Positions 36,301 through 46,141 are shown, counted from the first letter of the stretch. The stretch: DNA of 64,000 bases from an uncultured delta proteobacterium (GCA_963828255.1 CAWHDZ010000025.1:1-64000); one strand, 5' to 3'. The notes: generated from the sequence alone by a model not told the origin. Translations and numbers: made by a program.

Positions 36301-37048
36301 GCCCGTCGCCGACACGAGGCCTCGATACCCCGAGCCGGGCGACCGGGTGGGCGACGTCGAGGTGTCGGAGTGGCCCGAGCGGGTGCGGCTGGCCGCCGAG
36401 AAGGAGGCGCTGGGCTTCTACATCACCGGCCACCCGCTGGCCGGCTACGAGAAGGAGGCCCGCCGCTACGCCTCCGCCAACTGCGCCCAGGTGCAGGGGA
36501 AGCGGCAGGGGGACAAGGTCTCGGTGGTGGGCGTGGTCCGCGACCTGCGGGAGCGGCAGAACAAGGAGAAGGGAACCCGCTTCGGGTTCTTCGCGCTCGA
36601 GGACCTGTCCGGCTCGGTGGAGGTCATCTGCTGGGGCGGGCGGGCCGCGCAGGGCAACCGGCCCGCGCAGCGGGGCTGGGGCGACTGGGAGATGCTCGTG
36701 AAGAGCGACGAGCCCTTGCTGGTGCACGGCGAGGTGCGGCTGAACCAGCGGGACGAGGAGCACCCCTCCGCCGAGATCGTGGCCTCCGACATCGAGCTGC
36801 TCTCCCACGTGCGCAACCAGAAGACCTCCGAGGTGGTGCTGCGCATCGACGCCGGCCGGCTCGACGCCGAGACGGTCGGGCAGCTGCGTGCGCTGCTCGG
36901 GCGCCACGGCGGGTCGTGCCCGGTGGGCGTGCGGGCGGTCATCCCGGAGCGCAGCGAGACCCGGCTCAAGGTGAAGGAGAAGGTGGCGCCCTCCGACGAG
37001 TTCCTCGAGGCGGCGCGAAGGTTGGGCTTCGAGGTGGAGCTCCGGTAG
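33395..37048 (+). CDS. dnaE: DNA polymerase III alpha subunit
   Basis: TTG start. FVHLHLHSLYSLLDGA, TDHGN, GRGSGAGS, MPDFDIDF, KFDFLGL and YGFNKSH; no intein. Confidence 0.97.
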   Translation: MSDFVHLHLHSLYSLLDGAIRIGDLTRTVKERGMNTVAVTDHGNLFGAVDFYKNARAAGVKPILGMEAYVAGPKGRQDRSERVGRHLILLARNAEGWANLRYLSSMAYAEGFYYDPRIDKPLLREHAKGLVGLTACLGGEIPRLAHKGDMDGARAAAREYRDIFEPGSFFLEVQSNGMAEQLEVNSRLAELSESEGIPLVATADAHYVNRSDAKAHEVLMCIASNKTLTDPRRLHHKTDGLFVASPDDMLASLPQYREAIANTVRIAEMCNVELKLGGSYLPRFQLPDGVTEDDWLGKLAQEGLERRFKEIEGKYPHDRDLYRQRLETEVGIIRSMNFSGYFLIVQDFINWAKGRQVPVGPGRGSGAGSIVAWSLRITDLDPIRWNLLFERFLNPERVSMPDFDIDFCQERRDEVIHYVAGKYGKDNVGQIITFGSLKARSVIRDVVRVMGLPFAEGDRIAKLVPEPVQGKVKPLKECIEIEPRLAELYEKPTLVREWTEPDGSQRKVTTRDILDIAMALEGLNRQAGLHAAGVVIADRPLWEYVPVYKDDKSDTLVSQFSKDDAEAAGLVKFDFLGLKTLTVIDEALKRVRRNHPDQATLAADQIPIDDPAVYELIARGDTDGVFQMESEGFTHMVTKMKPSGFDDVIAAGALFRPGPLDQKVDGGRTMVDVYIDRKLGKEKVRYPHDRLEPILRETYGVIVYQEQVMQISQVLAGYSLGRADILRRAMGKKKAGEMAKERAGFLAGCVEKGVDAAVAGSIFDMMEKFAAYGFNKSHSAAYGFLTVQTAWLKAHYPVEFMAALLTSESGSTDKVVAHIFGARQSGIEVLSPDVNESASSFTAHPPAAPAQPAQGAAPSPATGIAPPSARGRIRFGLGAVKGVGDSAVEAVLAAREEGGPFKSLFDFCSRIDPRRVNKKVIEALVKSGAFDFEGVPRWRLAAGIDAALSAGSSAHADRQSGQASLFGALPVADTRPRYPEPGDRVGDVEVSEWPERVRLAAEKEALGFYITGHPLAGYEKEARRYASANCAQVQGKRQGDKVSVVGVVRDLRERQNKEKGTRFGFFALEDLSGSVEVICWGGRAAQGNRPAQRGWGDWEMLVKSDEPLLVHGEVRLNQRDEEHPSAEIVASDIELLSHVRNQKTSEVVLRIDAGRLDAETVGQLRALLGRHGGSCPVGVRAVIPERSETRLKVKEKVAPSDEFLEAARRLGFEVELR

Positions 37049-37064
37049 CCTAGACTCGGCGGCC

Positions 37065-38390
37065 ATGGACAAGACCCTCCTCGCCCGGATCCAGGACCGC
37101 AGCGCCCGCATCGGCATCGTCGGACAGGGATACGTGGGGCTGCCGCTCGCCCTGCTCTTCCACGAGACCGGGTTCCCGGTCACCGGATTCGACGTCGATC
37201 CGCGCAAGGTGGAGCTGCTCCGCAAGGGGGAGTCGTTCATCAAGCACATCGGGGCCGAGCGGGTCACGGCGGCGGTGCGGAGCGGCCGGTACCAGGCCAC
37301 CACCGACTTCGACGGCCTGCGCGACTGCGACGCCATCGCCATCTGCGTCCCCACGCCGCTCGGCAAGCACCGCGAGCCCGACAACTCCTACATCCACGTC
37401 ACCGGGCGGGAGATCGCGAAGCGGCTCCGCAAGGGGCAGCTCGTCATCCTGGAGTCCACCACCTACCCGGGCACCACCGACGACGAGCTCCGCCCCATCC
37501 TGGAGGAGAGCGGCCTCACCTGTGGGCGCGACTTCTTCCTGGCCTTCTCCCCCGAGCGGGAGGACCCGGGCCGCAAGGACTTCGACACGAGGAGCACGGC
37601 CAAGGTGGTGGGCGGGTTCGACGCGGCATCCACGGCGCTCGCCGTGGCCCTCTACCAGACCGGCGTCGCCAAGGTGGTCCCGGTGTCGAGCGCGCGGGTG
37701 GCCGAGTCGGCCAAGCTCCTCGAGAACGTCTTCCGCTCGGTGAACATCGCGCTGGTGAACGAGCTGAAGACGGTCTTCGACCGGATGGACATCGACATCT
37801 GGGAGGTCATCGAGGCGGCCAAGACCAAGCCCTTCGGCTTCATGCCCTTCTACCCGGGGCCGGGGCTGGGCGGGCACTGCATCCCCCTCGACCCCTTCTA
37901 CCTGTCCTGGAAGGCCGCCGAGCACGGCCAGTGGGCCCGCTTCGTGGAGCTGGCCGGCGAGATCAACACCAGCATGCCGCGCTGGGTGGTGGGCAAGATC
38001 GCCGAGGCCCTGAACGACGATGCCAAGCCCATCCGGGGATCGCGGGTGCTCGTCCTGGGGCTGGCCTACAAGGCCAACATCGACGACGACCGGGAGTCGC
38101 CGTCCTACGAGATCATCGAGCTTCTCCAGCACGCCGGCGCCCGGGTGGACTACTGCGACCCGTTCTTCCCGACGACGCCGGTCACGCGCAAGCGGACGTT
38201 GGGGATGACGTCGGTGGCGAGCGACAACGCGTCCTGGCGCGGCTACGACGCGGTGGTGGTCTCCACGGCCCACGAGCTGTTCAAGGACCCGGCGCTCTTC
38301 GAGGGGCTGCCGCTCGTCGTCGACACGCGAAATCTGATGACGGGTCTTTTTCCCCGTGGTGGCGGGCCGAAGCGGGTCGTGAAGGCGTAG
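37065..38390 (+). CDS. Nucleotide-sugar 6-dehydrogenase (WbpA/WecC-like)
   Basis: GQGYVGLP, CVPTP, ESTTYPGTT, SPERED, KLLEN, GGHCIP and DDRESP. Confidence 0.9.
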   Translation: MDKTLLARIQDRSARIGIVGQGYVGLPLALLFHETGFPVTGFDVDPRKVELLRKGESFIKHIGAERVTAAVRSGRYQATTDFDGLRDCDAIAICVPTPLGKHREPDNSYIHVTGREIAKRLRKGQLVILESTTYPGTTDDELRPILEESGLTCGRDFFLAFSPEREDPGRKDFDTRSTAKVVGGFDAASTALAVALYQTGVAKVVPVSSARVAESAKLLENVFRSVNIALVNELKTVFDRMDIDIWEVIEAAKTKPFGFMPFYPGPGLGGHCIPLDPFYLSWKAAEHGQWARFVELAGEINTSMPRWVVGKIAEALNDDAKPIRGSRVLVLGLAYKANIDDDRESPSYEIIELLQHAGARVDYCDPFFPTTPVTRKRTLGMTSVASDNASWRGYDAVVVSTAHELFKDPALFEGLPLVVDTRNLMTGLFPRGGGPKRVVKA

Positions 38391-38535
38391 GCATCCCCCG
38401 AGTGGCGCGTCCCGTGCATAGGGGACGGCCCCCGTTATGGGCATCTTACCCTCCCCAAAGTGGGAGGAGGTGCTACATTCCTTGGGGGGTTCCTTGGATG
38501 TTCCTCATCAAGGCAGCTCGGGGGAGGTTCACACG

Positions 38536-39057
38536 ATGATGCGCGCCAATGCACGGCTTCTGCCCAGGGGATCGTCGGCATACTCCGACGGTGACGGGGC
38601 GCTTCGCTGCGACAGGGCGGGCGAGGACATGCTGCGTGCGTTCTGGCCCGTCGCGGCCGAGGGCGCGTCGCTTCCCGCCGAGCTCCGCGGCCTCGCCGAC
38701 GGCGCGCAGGCCGGGCCGCCGGGAGTGCGCCGCACCCTCATCATGGAGCACGCCGGCGAGCGGCTCCGGATCGAGTCCACCGCGGTGGGCAAGGGGCGCA
38801 CCCAGTTCCACCTCTGGCGCGAGATGCTGCCCGGCGTGGTCGAGAGCCCCTCCGTGGTCGAGGAGGCCACCTCCGACGGATTGACCCAGCGTGAACGGGA
38901 GGTCGCCCTGCTCGTGGCCGACGGGCTGCGCAGCCGCGAGGTCGCCGAGCGGCTCACCATCGCCCCGCAGACCGTCAAGAGCCATCTGAAGACCATCTTC
39001 GACAAGCTGGGCGTGCGCAACCGCGTGGAACTGGCGCGGCGCCTGTCGAACCGGTAG
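38536..39057 (+). CDS. LuxR-family HTH transcriptional regulator
   Basis: GGGGAGG RBS; C-terminal LTQREREVALLVADGL..TVKSHLKTIFDKLGV. Confidence 0.88.
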   Translation: MMRANARLLPRGSSAYSDGDGALRCDRAGEDMLRAFWPVAAEGASLPAELRGLADGAQAGPPGVRRTLIMEHAGERLRIESTAVGKGRTQFHLWREMLPGVVESPSVVEEATSDGLTQREREVALLVADGLRSREVAERLTIAPQTVKSHLKTIFDKLGVRNRVELARRLSNR

Positions 39058-40262
39058 TGGTCACCCTGAAGGACGTCCAGGCGGCGCGGGAGCGCGTCCG
39101 CGACGCGCTCTACCTGTCCCCCTGCGCGCGCACCGAGACCCTCTCCCGGGTCTCCCGGACGCAGGCCTTCCTCAAGCTCGACAACCTCCAGATGACGGGC
39201 GCCTACAAGGAGCGCGGCGCCCTGAACAAGATCCTCACCCTGGGTGAAGCGGAGCGGGCCCGGGGGCTCATCGCCGCCTCGGCCGGGAACCACGCCCAGG
39301 CCGTGGCCTACCACGCCGGCCGGCTCGGGCTCGCGGCCACCATCGTCATGCCGGAGACCACCCCCATCATGAAGGTGGCCAACACCCGGGGGCACGGGGC
39401 CCGGGTGGTGCTCTCCGGCGCGAACTACGACGAGGCCCATGCCGAGGCGCGCCGGATGGAGCGGGAGGAGGGGCTCACCTTCGTGCACCCCTTCGACGAC
39501 GAGGCGATCATCGCCGGCCAGGGCACGCTGGGGCTGGAGGTGGTGGAGCAGGTGGCCGGGCTCGACGCGGTGCTGGTGCCGGTGGGGGGAGGCGGGCTCA
39601 TCTCCGGCGTGGCCGTGGCCGTCAAGGCCCTGGCGCCCCGGGTGAAGGTCATCGGCGTCGAGGCCGACGCGATCCCCTGCATGCAGGCGGCGGTGGAGGC
39701 GGGCGAGCTGGTGACGCTCGACGCCGCGTCCACGCTGGCCGACGGCATCGCGGTGCGTCGGGCCGGCGAGATCACCTTCGAGCACGTCCAGTCCCTGGTG
39801 GACGACGTCATCACCGTGACCGAGGAGGAGATCGCCTCGGCCATCCTCTACCTCCTCGAGAAGGAGAAGACGGTGGCCGAGGGGGCCGGAGCGGTGGGGG
39901 TGGCGGCGCTCATGCACCACAAGCTGCCCGGGCTCGAGGGCAAGCGGGTCTGCTCGGTCATCTCCGGCGGCAACATCGACGTGAACGTGGTGGCCCGGGT
40001 CATCGAGCGGGGGCTGGTGAAGGACGGGCGGCTGGTTCGCGTCAACATCCGGCTGCTCGACAAGCCCGGCCAGCTCACCATCGTCTCCGGCATCATCTCG
40101 GGCCTGCGCGCCAACGTCATCGAGGTGCACCACTCCCGGGCCTTCTCCGAGAAGTTCGGGGACACCACCCTGCTCCTCACGCTCGAGACGCGCGGACCGG
40201 AGCACGTCGAGGAGATCCTCGGGGGGTTGCGGGAGCACGGTTACCGGGTCGACCTGGTGTAG
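39057..40262 (+). CDS. ilvA: Threonine ammonia-lyase with C-terminal ACT domain
   Basis: TGAYKERG, SAGNHAQ, GQGT, GGGGL, SGGN and DKPGQL. Confidence 0.92.
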   Translation: MVTLKDVQAARERVRDALYLSPCARTETLSRVSRTQAFLKLDNLQMTGAYKERGALNKILTLGEAERARGLIAASAGNHAQAVAYHAGRLGLAATIVMPETTPIMKVANTRGHGARVVLSGANYDEAHAEARRMEREEGLTFVHPFDDEAIIAGQGTLGLEVVEQVAGLDAVLVPVGGGGLISGVAVAVKALAPRVKVIGVEADAIPCMQAAVEAGELVTLDAASTLADGIAVRRAGEITFEHVQSLVDDVITVTEEEIASAILYLLEKEKTVAEGAGAVGVAALMHHKLPGLEGKRVCSVISGGNIDVNVVARVIERGLVKDGRLVRVNIRLLDKPGQLTIVSGIISGLRANVIEVHHSRAFSEKFGDTTLLLTLETRGPEHVEEILGGLREHGYRVDLV

Positions 40263-40271
40263 GCTCCAGGC

Positions 40272-40934
40272 GTGCGCGCCTCACTCCACGGACGACCGAC
40301 CCGGCACCAGCGCGCCTGGCTCGCGCCCACCTGGCCCGTGCACCTCGCGTCGCAGCTCTCCTCCGAGGCCCGGGCCACCCTCACCCACTGGTTCGCCCGC
40401 GGGTTCCCGGCGGTGGTCTGCCGGGACGATCCCGGCGACGCGGCGGGGGTGGCGCTCTCCGTCACCCTGCCGGCCTCGCGCTGGAACGCCACCATCCGCT
40501 TCACGGTGGGGCGCGCCGCGGTGACGCGGAGGGCCCCCCCGCTGCCGCTCGCCGAGGCCATGCTGAGCGCCCCGCGCGGCTGGCTGGTCCCCCTCTCCGA
40601 CCTGGAGCGGGCCGCGGCCGGCGTGGAGGTTCCGCTCTCGGTGACCGGGGCGCTGGCCTGGCAGCACATCACCGGCGAGCGGTACGTGGCCCCCCGGTCG
40701 CCGGTGGACCTCCTCTTCCGCCCCCGGTCGCGCGAGCAGCTCGACCGGATCCTCACCGTGCTCCGGGTGCGGGAGGACTGGGAAGGCCCTCCGCTCGTCG
40801 GGGAGGCGGTCCTGGGGTGGGACGCCGCCGTCGCCTGGCGCGACCTGGCGCACGGCCGCCGCCGGGTTCTGGTCCGGAGCGCCGGGAGCGAGACCGTTCA
40901 GGACGTGGAGAGGCTGCTGGTGAGATTGAGGTAG
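40272..40934 (+). CDS. MdcG-like phosphoribosyl-dephospho-CoA transferase homologue with degenerate active site
   Basis: RHQRAWL, PAVV and GALAWQHITGERYV..SPVDLL. Confidence 0.7.
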   Translation: MRASLHGRPTRHQRAWLAPTWPVHLASQLSSEARATLTHWFARGFPAVVCRDDPGDAAGVALSVTLPASRWNATIRFTVGRAAVTRRAPPLPLAEAMLSAPRGWLVPLSDLERAAAGVEVPLSVTGALAWQHITGERYVAPRSPVDLLFRPRSREQLDRILTVLRVREDWEGPPLVGEAVLGWDAAVAWRDLAHGRRRVLVRSAGSETVQDVERLLVRLR

Positions 40935-40955
40935 ACGGCGGGCTGCAGCCGGGGG

Positions 40956-41927
40956 CTATCGCGCGAACGCCGCGCGGGCCCAGGCCACGGTCTGGCGGGC
41001 CGCCTCGCCGGGCGCGGTGGGCTGGACCGCGAACCTGTCGCGGAAGGCCCGGTCGTCGGCGACGTAGGGCTCGTCCCACTGGTAGAGCATCTCGTCCACC
41101 TCGCGCAGGACGGGGATGAAGAGGCCGAGGACCTTCACCATGGGGCGAGGCATCCTTCGCACCGGCGCAGGGACGCCGGCGGCGGACGCGAACCAGGCCA
41201 CGAGCTGGCGGGTGCTCCCGGCCGGAGCGCAGGGCAGGATCCAGCGCTTGCCCTCGGCCGCGCCGCTCGCCTCGTCGCCCGCCTCCCCCAGCGCCGCCAG
41301 GCCGGCCGCCACGTCGGGGATGAAGTGGTAGGTGTGCAGGGTATCGGGGTTTCCCAGGACCTCGGCCCCCTTCCCCGCGAGCAGGCGGGTCCAGAACCGC
41401 TCCCCGAAGGCCGTCATCACGCCACCCGGACCGAAGAAGTCGGAGGCCCGGCCGGTGACGGCGCGGACGTCGCCGCGGCGGACGGCCTCCTGGAGGGAGG
41501 CGGCGAGGCGGGCCCGGATCGCCCCCTTCCGGCTGCACGGGGAGGCCGGGGTCGTCTCGTCCATGGCGCGGCCTCCCGTTCTCCCCACCGCGTACAGGTT
41601 GTCGAGCACGACCAGGCGGGCGCCTGCCTTGCCGGCCGCGGCGACCAGGCTCTCCTGGATGCGCGGGAGCTCGGCCTCCCAGACCCTGGTGTCGTACCGG
41701 GGGTTCATGCAGTGGTACACGGCCGCCGCGCCGTCCACGACGCGGCGGCAGGCCTCCTCGTCCATCGCGTCCGCCGCCACGACCTGGATCCCCGCATCGG
41801 CGCCGGGGATCGGCTTGCCCGACCGGCTGACCAGCCGGACGGCGTGGCCGCGGGAGGCGAGGATGCGGGCGAGGTGCGGGCCGACCTGCCCGGCCCCGAA
41901 GACCACGTGGATGCTTCTGGGAGCCAT
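40956..41927 (-). CDS. NAD-dependent epimerase/dehydratase family protein
   Basis: VFGAGQVG, DNLY, KGAIR, DFFGP and EMLYQ. Confidence 0.85.
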   Translation of the reverse strand: MAPRSIHVVFGAGQVGPHLARILASRGHAVRLVSRSGKPIPGADAGIQVVAADAMDEEACRRVVDGAAAVYHCMNPRYDTRVWEAELPRIQESLVAAAGKAGARLVVLDNLYAVGRTGGRAMDETTPASPCSRKGAIRARLAASLQEAVRRGDVRAVTGRASDFFGPGGVMTAFGERFWTRLLAGKGAEVLGNPDTLHTYHFIPDVAAGLAALGEAGDEASGAAEGKRWILPCAPAGSTRQLVAWFASAAGVPAPVRRMPRPMVKVLGLFIPVLREVDEMLYQWDEPYVADDRAFRDRFAVQPTAPGEAARQTVAWARAAFAR

Positions 41928-41931
41928 CCCC

Positions 41932-43104
41932 CTACCCTAACGCGGACAGCACGTGCTTCAAGGCGGCCAGGAACCCGTCCACCTGCCCGGGAGTGTGACT
42001 TGCGGTGAGGGAGACGCGCAGCCGGCTCGTCCCGGCGGGCACCGTGGGCGGGCGGATGGCCTTCACGTGGTAGCCCATGCCACGCAGCAGGCGCGAGGCC
42101 TCGAGGGCGCGGACCTCCTCCCCCAGGACCACCGGGAAGATGGGCGCGACCACCGACTTCATGGGGAAGCCCAGCGCCTCGAGCCCGGCCTTCATGCGTG
42201 CCGAGAGCGCCTCGAGGCGGGCCCGGCGCTCCGGCTCGGTGGCCAGGATGTCGAGGGCGGCGATGGCCGCGCCGCAGGAGGCGGGGGGGAGCGCGGTGGT
42301 GAAGACGAAGGTCCGGGCCCGGCAAACGAGCCAGTCGGTGAGCTCCCGCGAACCGGCCACGAAGGCCCCGAAGCTTCCCAGGGCCTTGCCGAGCGTGCCC
42401 ATGAGGACGTCCACGCGGTCGGTGACCGAGAGCGCCTCGGCCAGGCCGGACCCGGTGGCGCCCAGGACGCCGGTGGAGTGGGCCTCGTCGAGGTAGAGCA
42501 TGGCGCCGTGCCGTCCGCAGAGATCGACGATCTCGACGAGCGGCGCCGCGTCGCCGTCCATGCCGAAGACCGCGTCGGTGACCACGAGCCTCCGGCGGGC
42601 CCGGGACGCGGCGAGCAGGGACGAGAGCCCGTCCACGTCCCGGTGACGGTAGACGTGGACCTCGGCGCGGGAGAGACGGCAGCCGTCGACGATGGATGCG
42701 TGGTTCCACTCGTCGGAGAAGACCGCGTCGCCCGGACCGACGAGCGCGCCCACCACACCGGCGTTCACGTGGTAGCCCGACGAGAAGAGCAGCGCCGAGG
42801 GCGTGCCCTTCATCCGGGCCAGCCGCTCCTCCAGCTCGTGGTGCAGGAGCAGGTCGCCCACGACGAGCCGGGCCGCACCGGCCCCCGCCCCGTACCGCCG
42901 CGCCGCCTCGGCGGCGGCCCGCTCGACGCGCCCGTCGGCGGCCAGCCCCAGGTAGTCGTTCGAGCAGAGGTTCACCAGCGCATGGCCGGAGAGGCCGATC
43001 ACCGGCCCCTGGGCAGTGCCCATCGGCTCGAGCCTCCGGCGCAGCCCCCTCGCCTCCAGGGCCGCGAGCTCCCCGGGGATCCAGTCGAGCGCCCGGGACG
43101 GCAC
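41932..43104 (-). CDS. bioF: 8-amino-7-oxononanoate synthase
   Basis: SNDYLGL, NHASIVDG, DEAHSTG, GTLGKA and IRPPTVP. Confidence 0.95.
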   Translation of the reverse strand: MPSRALDWIPGELAALEARGLRRRLEPMGTAQGPVIGLSGHALVNLCSNDYLGLAADGRVERAAAEAARRYGAGAGAARLVVGDLLLHHELEERLARMKGTPSALLFSSGYHVNAGVVGALVGPGDAVFSDEWNHASIVDGCRLSRAEVHVYRHRDVDGLSSLLAASRARRRLVVTDAVFGMDGDAAPLVEIVDLCGRHGAMLYLDEAHSTGVLGATGSGLAEALSVTDRVDVLMGTLGKALGSFGAFVAGSRELTDWLVCRARTFVFTTALPPASCGAAIAALDILATEPERRARLEALSARMKAGLEALGFPMKSVVAPIFPVVLGEEVRALEASRLLRGMGYHVKAIRPPTVPAGTSRLRVSLTASHTPGQVDGFLAALKHVLSALG

Positions 43105-43106
43105 GG

Positions 43107-44192
43107 CTATCCGCGCACGACCCGCAGCGAGCGGCGCCCCGGCTCGGTGACGCGCCGGTTCCAGCGGGTCTCGGCCGGCGCCTCGCCGTGGAAGGCCCAG
43201 TGCTCCGCGTCGGGGGTGGGGCGCACGCTCATGCCCTGGCCGGTGATCATCTCGACCACCTGCTCGGGGGTGCGCCCCGCGCTGGTCAGGTAGTTGCCCA
43301 CCATGGTTCCGTTGGCGCCGGCGCGGAAGATGTCGTCCTGCCGGTCCTTGAGGTTCACTTCCCGTCCGCCCATGACGAAGATGTGGGCGGTGGGCATCAT
43401 GAGCCGGTAGACGGCCACGGCGGCCAGGCACTCCTCCGCGGTGATGGCCTCGAGATGCCCCATCGGCGTCCCCGGCCGCGGGTTGAGGAAGTTCACCGGC
43501 ACGCAGTCCACGTCGAGATCGCGCAGGACGAGGGCGAGTTCCACCCGCTGGTCGGGCGACTCGCCCATGCCGAGGATGCCGCCGGTGCAGAGCTTCAAGC
43601 CCAGCCCCTTGGCGGTGCGGACCGTGTCGATCTGCTCCTGGAAGGTGTGGGTGGTGCAGACCTTGTCGAAGTGGCTGGGTGCGGTCTCCAGGTTGTGGTG
43701 CAGGTGCATGAGCCCGGCGGCCTTGAGCCGGGCGATGTCCTGCTCCCGCATGAGGCCGAGGGAGGCGCAGGGCTCGACGGTGGTCTCGGCCTTGATGAGC
43801 CGGATGGCCTCCTCGATGACCGAGAGCTCCTCCTCCTTCGAGACGCGGGTGCCGCTGCAGACGATGGAGAACTCGCGCGCGCCGGCCGCCTCGGCGGCCC
43901 TGGCCTGCTCGAGGATCTCCCGGGCGGTGAGCAGCGCGTAGGTCGGCGCGTCGGCGTCCTTGAAGTGGGCCGACTGGGAGCAGAAGCCGCAGTCCTCGGG
44001 GCAGGAGCCCGACTTGGCGTTGGTGATGCCGCACAGGCTCACCTCGTCGCCGTGGACGGCGTGCCGGACGGCGGCGGCGCGGTCGAGGAGGGCCTCGAAG
44101 TCGGGGCCGGAGGTGAGCCGGATGAGGCGGCGGGCCTCGTCAGCGGAGATGGGCTCGATTCCGGGGGGGAGCGCGGCGCGGGTCTCGCACAT
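43107..44192 (-). CDS. bioB: Biotin synthase
   Basis: [11 protein letters not shown] radical-SAM motif, [14 protein letters not shown] and GNYLT. Confidence 0.96.
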   Translation of the reverse strand: MCETRAALPPGIEPISADEARRLIRLTSGPDFEALLDRAAAVRHAVHGDEVSLCGITNAKSGSCPEDCGFCSQSAHFKDADAPTYALLTAREILEQARAAEAAGAREFSIVCSGTRVSKEEELSVIEEAIRLIKAETTVEPCASLGLMREQDIARLKAAGLMHLHHNLETAPSHFDKVCTTHTFQEQIDTVRTAKGLGLKLCTGGILGMGESPDQRVELALVLRDLDVDCVPVNFLNPRPGTPMGHLEAITAEECLAAVAVYRLMMPTAHIFVMGGREVNLKDRQDDIFRAGANGTMVGNYLTSAGRTPEQVVEMITGQGMSVRPTPDAEHWAFHGEAPAETRWNRRVTEPGRRSLRVVRG

Positions 44193-44221
44193 GGGGGCGG
44201 AGGATACCCGGCGGGGAGGCG

Positions 44222-44253
44222 TCGTCAACCCGGGGAGGTAAATGGGTTTACGA
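44222..44253. promoter_or_regulatory. BirA-type biotin operator upstream of bioB
   Basis: TCGTCAACC-N14-GGTTTACGA matches the established BirA consensus (TTGTAAACC-N14..16-GGTTTACAA); 30 bp upstream of bioB. Confidence 0.8.
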
Positions 44254-45969
44254 GGGGCGTGGCGCCCTCGCCTTCCGCGGGAACTGGCTTCCGGGTCCAT
44301 ACTCGACGCCCGGGCCGCGCTGCGCCCTGGACGTCTTCTCGAGGAGTCCCCGGTCCACCATGGCCTTGAGGATGCTGCGTGCGCGCTGGACCTCCACGTC
44401 CAGCATGTTCTGCACCGTCCGGTTGGTGATCTTTCCGTACTCCCGCACGTGCGCGATCACCTTCCTGTCGATCTCGTCGACAGTGCGGCGATGGTAGGGA
44501 ACTGCCGCGCCAAGCTCCCGCAACACGTCGCCCCGGAGCCTGTAGGACGGATGGGCCCGGCGCATCGACTCCCTCGTGGGCTCGAGGATGGCCACGCCAC
44601 CCGAGGCGATTCGACGCAGGACCTGCTCGATCTCGGCCACCCCCTTCTGCAGCAGCGTCGGGAGCTCCCGGGCCGACACCGTCTTCACCGTGCAGAGCCG
44701 GAACAGGATCAGCATCGTGTCGGTGTCGTCGCGCTCCTGCTCCGGCAATTGCGCCACGAAGCGCGCAACCTGCGTGTTGGCCCGCCCACCTTCGAGGCTC
44801 ACGCGGACGTGATCGTGATTCGATTCGATCCGCGGAGGGCCACGGCCGGAGCCGATCATCTCGCGAAACATCCGATCGACCCCGCGGCCGACCTCCTCGG
44901 CAAGCCCGAGAACCCTTGCTGCCCTGGCGAGGCAAGGATTCCTCGGCTTGGACGGGTGCGTCAGGATGTTCTCGGGCGTCACGCCGGACACGAGCGGCCC
45001 TGGCGACACCACGGCGAGCAGATCGGGCGAGTGGATGAGGTTCACTGGACCGGTCAGGTGATGGTCGCGATGGATGATCGCATTGGCGAGGGCCTCCCTC
45101 ACCGCGAGGGTGGGAAAGTCCTCCAGCTGGACCTGCTGACCCCCTGGCAGGTCGAGAGGCGTCACGGACTGCCGGGCCCGGACCAGCTGCAACGCGGCCT
45201 GGAATCCGGAGAGGAGCGGTCCCGGTAGCCGCTCGATCGCCCCCGGCTCGCCACCGGAGGTCGCCCGGAACTCGTACACGATGGCGGGAGGACCTCCCTG
45301 GACGGCCCTGCCAAAGAGGAGCTGGCCGGCCATCAGGACGCGCCCCTGCCCGTTCACGACGCCAAGAGCGCGCAGCAGTTCTTCGCTGCCGAGGCGAGCC
45401 AGTCGACGTCGCTCGTCGGGGAACCTCGCCAGCAGGTGTCGTGCGCTCTCCAGGGCGGGCTCGGCAAGATCCCTGGGATGAAGCGTGGTCTCGCTCGCCG
45501 TGAGGTCGATGCCGCGCCGGTCCTCCCGGAGGCGCATCTGCTCGCTCGGATCCATCGGCTGGCAGTCCCGGCCGATTCGCCTTGGCGCACGCCCCTGCGG
45601 GTCGGAATGGATCTCGGGACTCTGCGGTACCGAGACGAGGACGAGGCGAATTCCGCCGATTCGCTCCTCCCAGGCATCCACGGTCAGGGGAGGCCGGCTG
45701 AGCTCCCAGACGCGACGTCGAACGGCATCGACCTCGATCGTGCAACCGGGGAGGGCGGCGGCTCCGGACTTCTGGTCGGCGACCCCGACGACGACCACAC
45801 CTCCCGAGGCGTTGGCGAAGCACAGCGCCGCATCGGCGATGGTCTTGAGGGCGTCCGCCTCGCTTCGCCCCTGCTCCTTGAACTCCAGGGTCGCGGACTC
45901 CAGGTTTCGGGGCGTTTCACCCGCCTGGATGGAGGCAACCGCCGCGCGGGCTTCATCGGTCCTGGGCAC
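44248..45969 (-). CDS. Second Schlafen/AlbA_2 + HATPase_c_4 + winged-HTH protein
   Basis: [51 protein letters not shown] and a C-terminal HTH. Confidence 0.85.
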   Translation of the reverse strand: MPRTDEARAAVASIQAGETPRNLESATLEFKEQGRSEADALKTIADAALCFANASGGVVVVGVADQKSGAAALPGCTIEVDAVRRRVWELSRPPLTVDAWEERIGGIRLVLVSVPQSPEIHSDPQGRAPRRIGRDCQPMDPSEQMRLREDRRGIDLTASETTLHPRDLAEPALESARHLLARFPDERRRLARLGSEELLRALGVVNGQGRVLMAGQLLFGRAVQGGPPAIVYEFRATSGGEPGAIERLPGPLLSGFQAALQLVRARQSVTPLDLPGGQQVQLEDFPTLAVREALANAIIHRDHHLTGPVNLIHSPDLLAVVSPGPLVSGVTPENILTHPSKPRNPCLARAARVLGLAEEVGRGVDRMFREMIGSGRGPPRIESNHDHVRVSLEGGRANTQVARFVAQLPEQERDDTDTMLILFRLCTVKTVSARELPTLLQKGVAEIEQVLRRIASGGVAILEPTRESMRRAHPSYRLRGDVLRELGAAVPYHRRTVDEIDRKVIAHVREYGKITNRTVQNMLDVEVQRARSILKAMVDRGLLEKTSRAQRGPGVEYGPGSQFPRKARAPRPS

Positions 45970-46141
45970 ACGAACCTCGGGGCCGGGCGTGTTTATGCTT
46001 ATCCTTCATAGTGTAGGGATTATATAAACAGTCTCGAAACTTCCGTCGCGCTGCGCGGCAGGCCATCTGCGGGGAACATGCAGATCGTGGGCCCTTCGCC
46101 CGCGCTGACGTGGCGTCAGCCCTGCATGGCAAGGTCCCGCC

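Noticed and set aside
33395..37048. Possible intein or split in dnaE
   Set aside because: Motifs are contiguous. The only insert is a short Ala/Pro-rich linker near 35925-36000 with no Cys..His-Asn ends.
46074..46120. Short hairpins upstream of radA
   Set aside because: Stems of 6-7 bp are expected by chance in GC-rich DNA; no U-tract or known motif.
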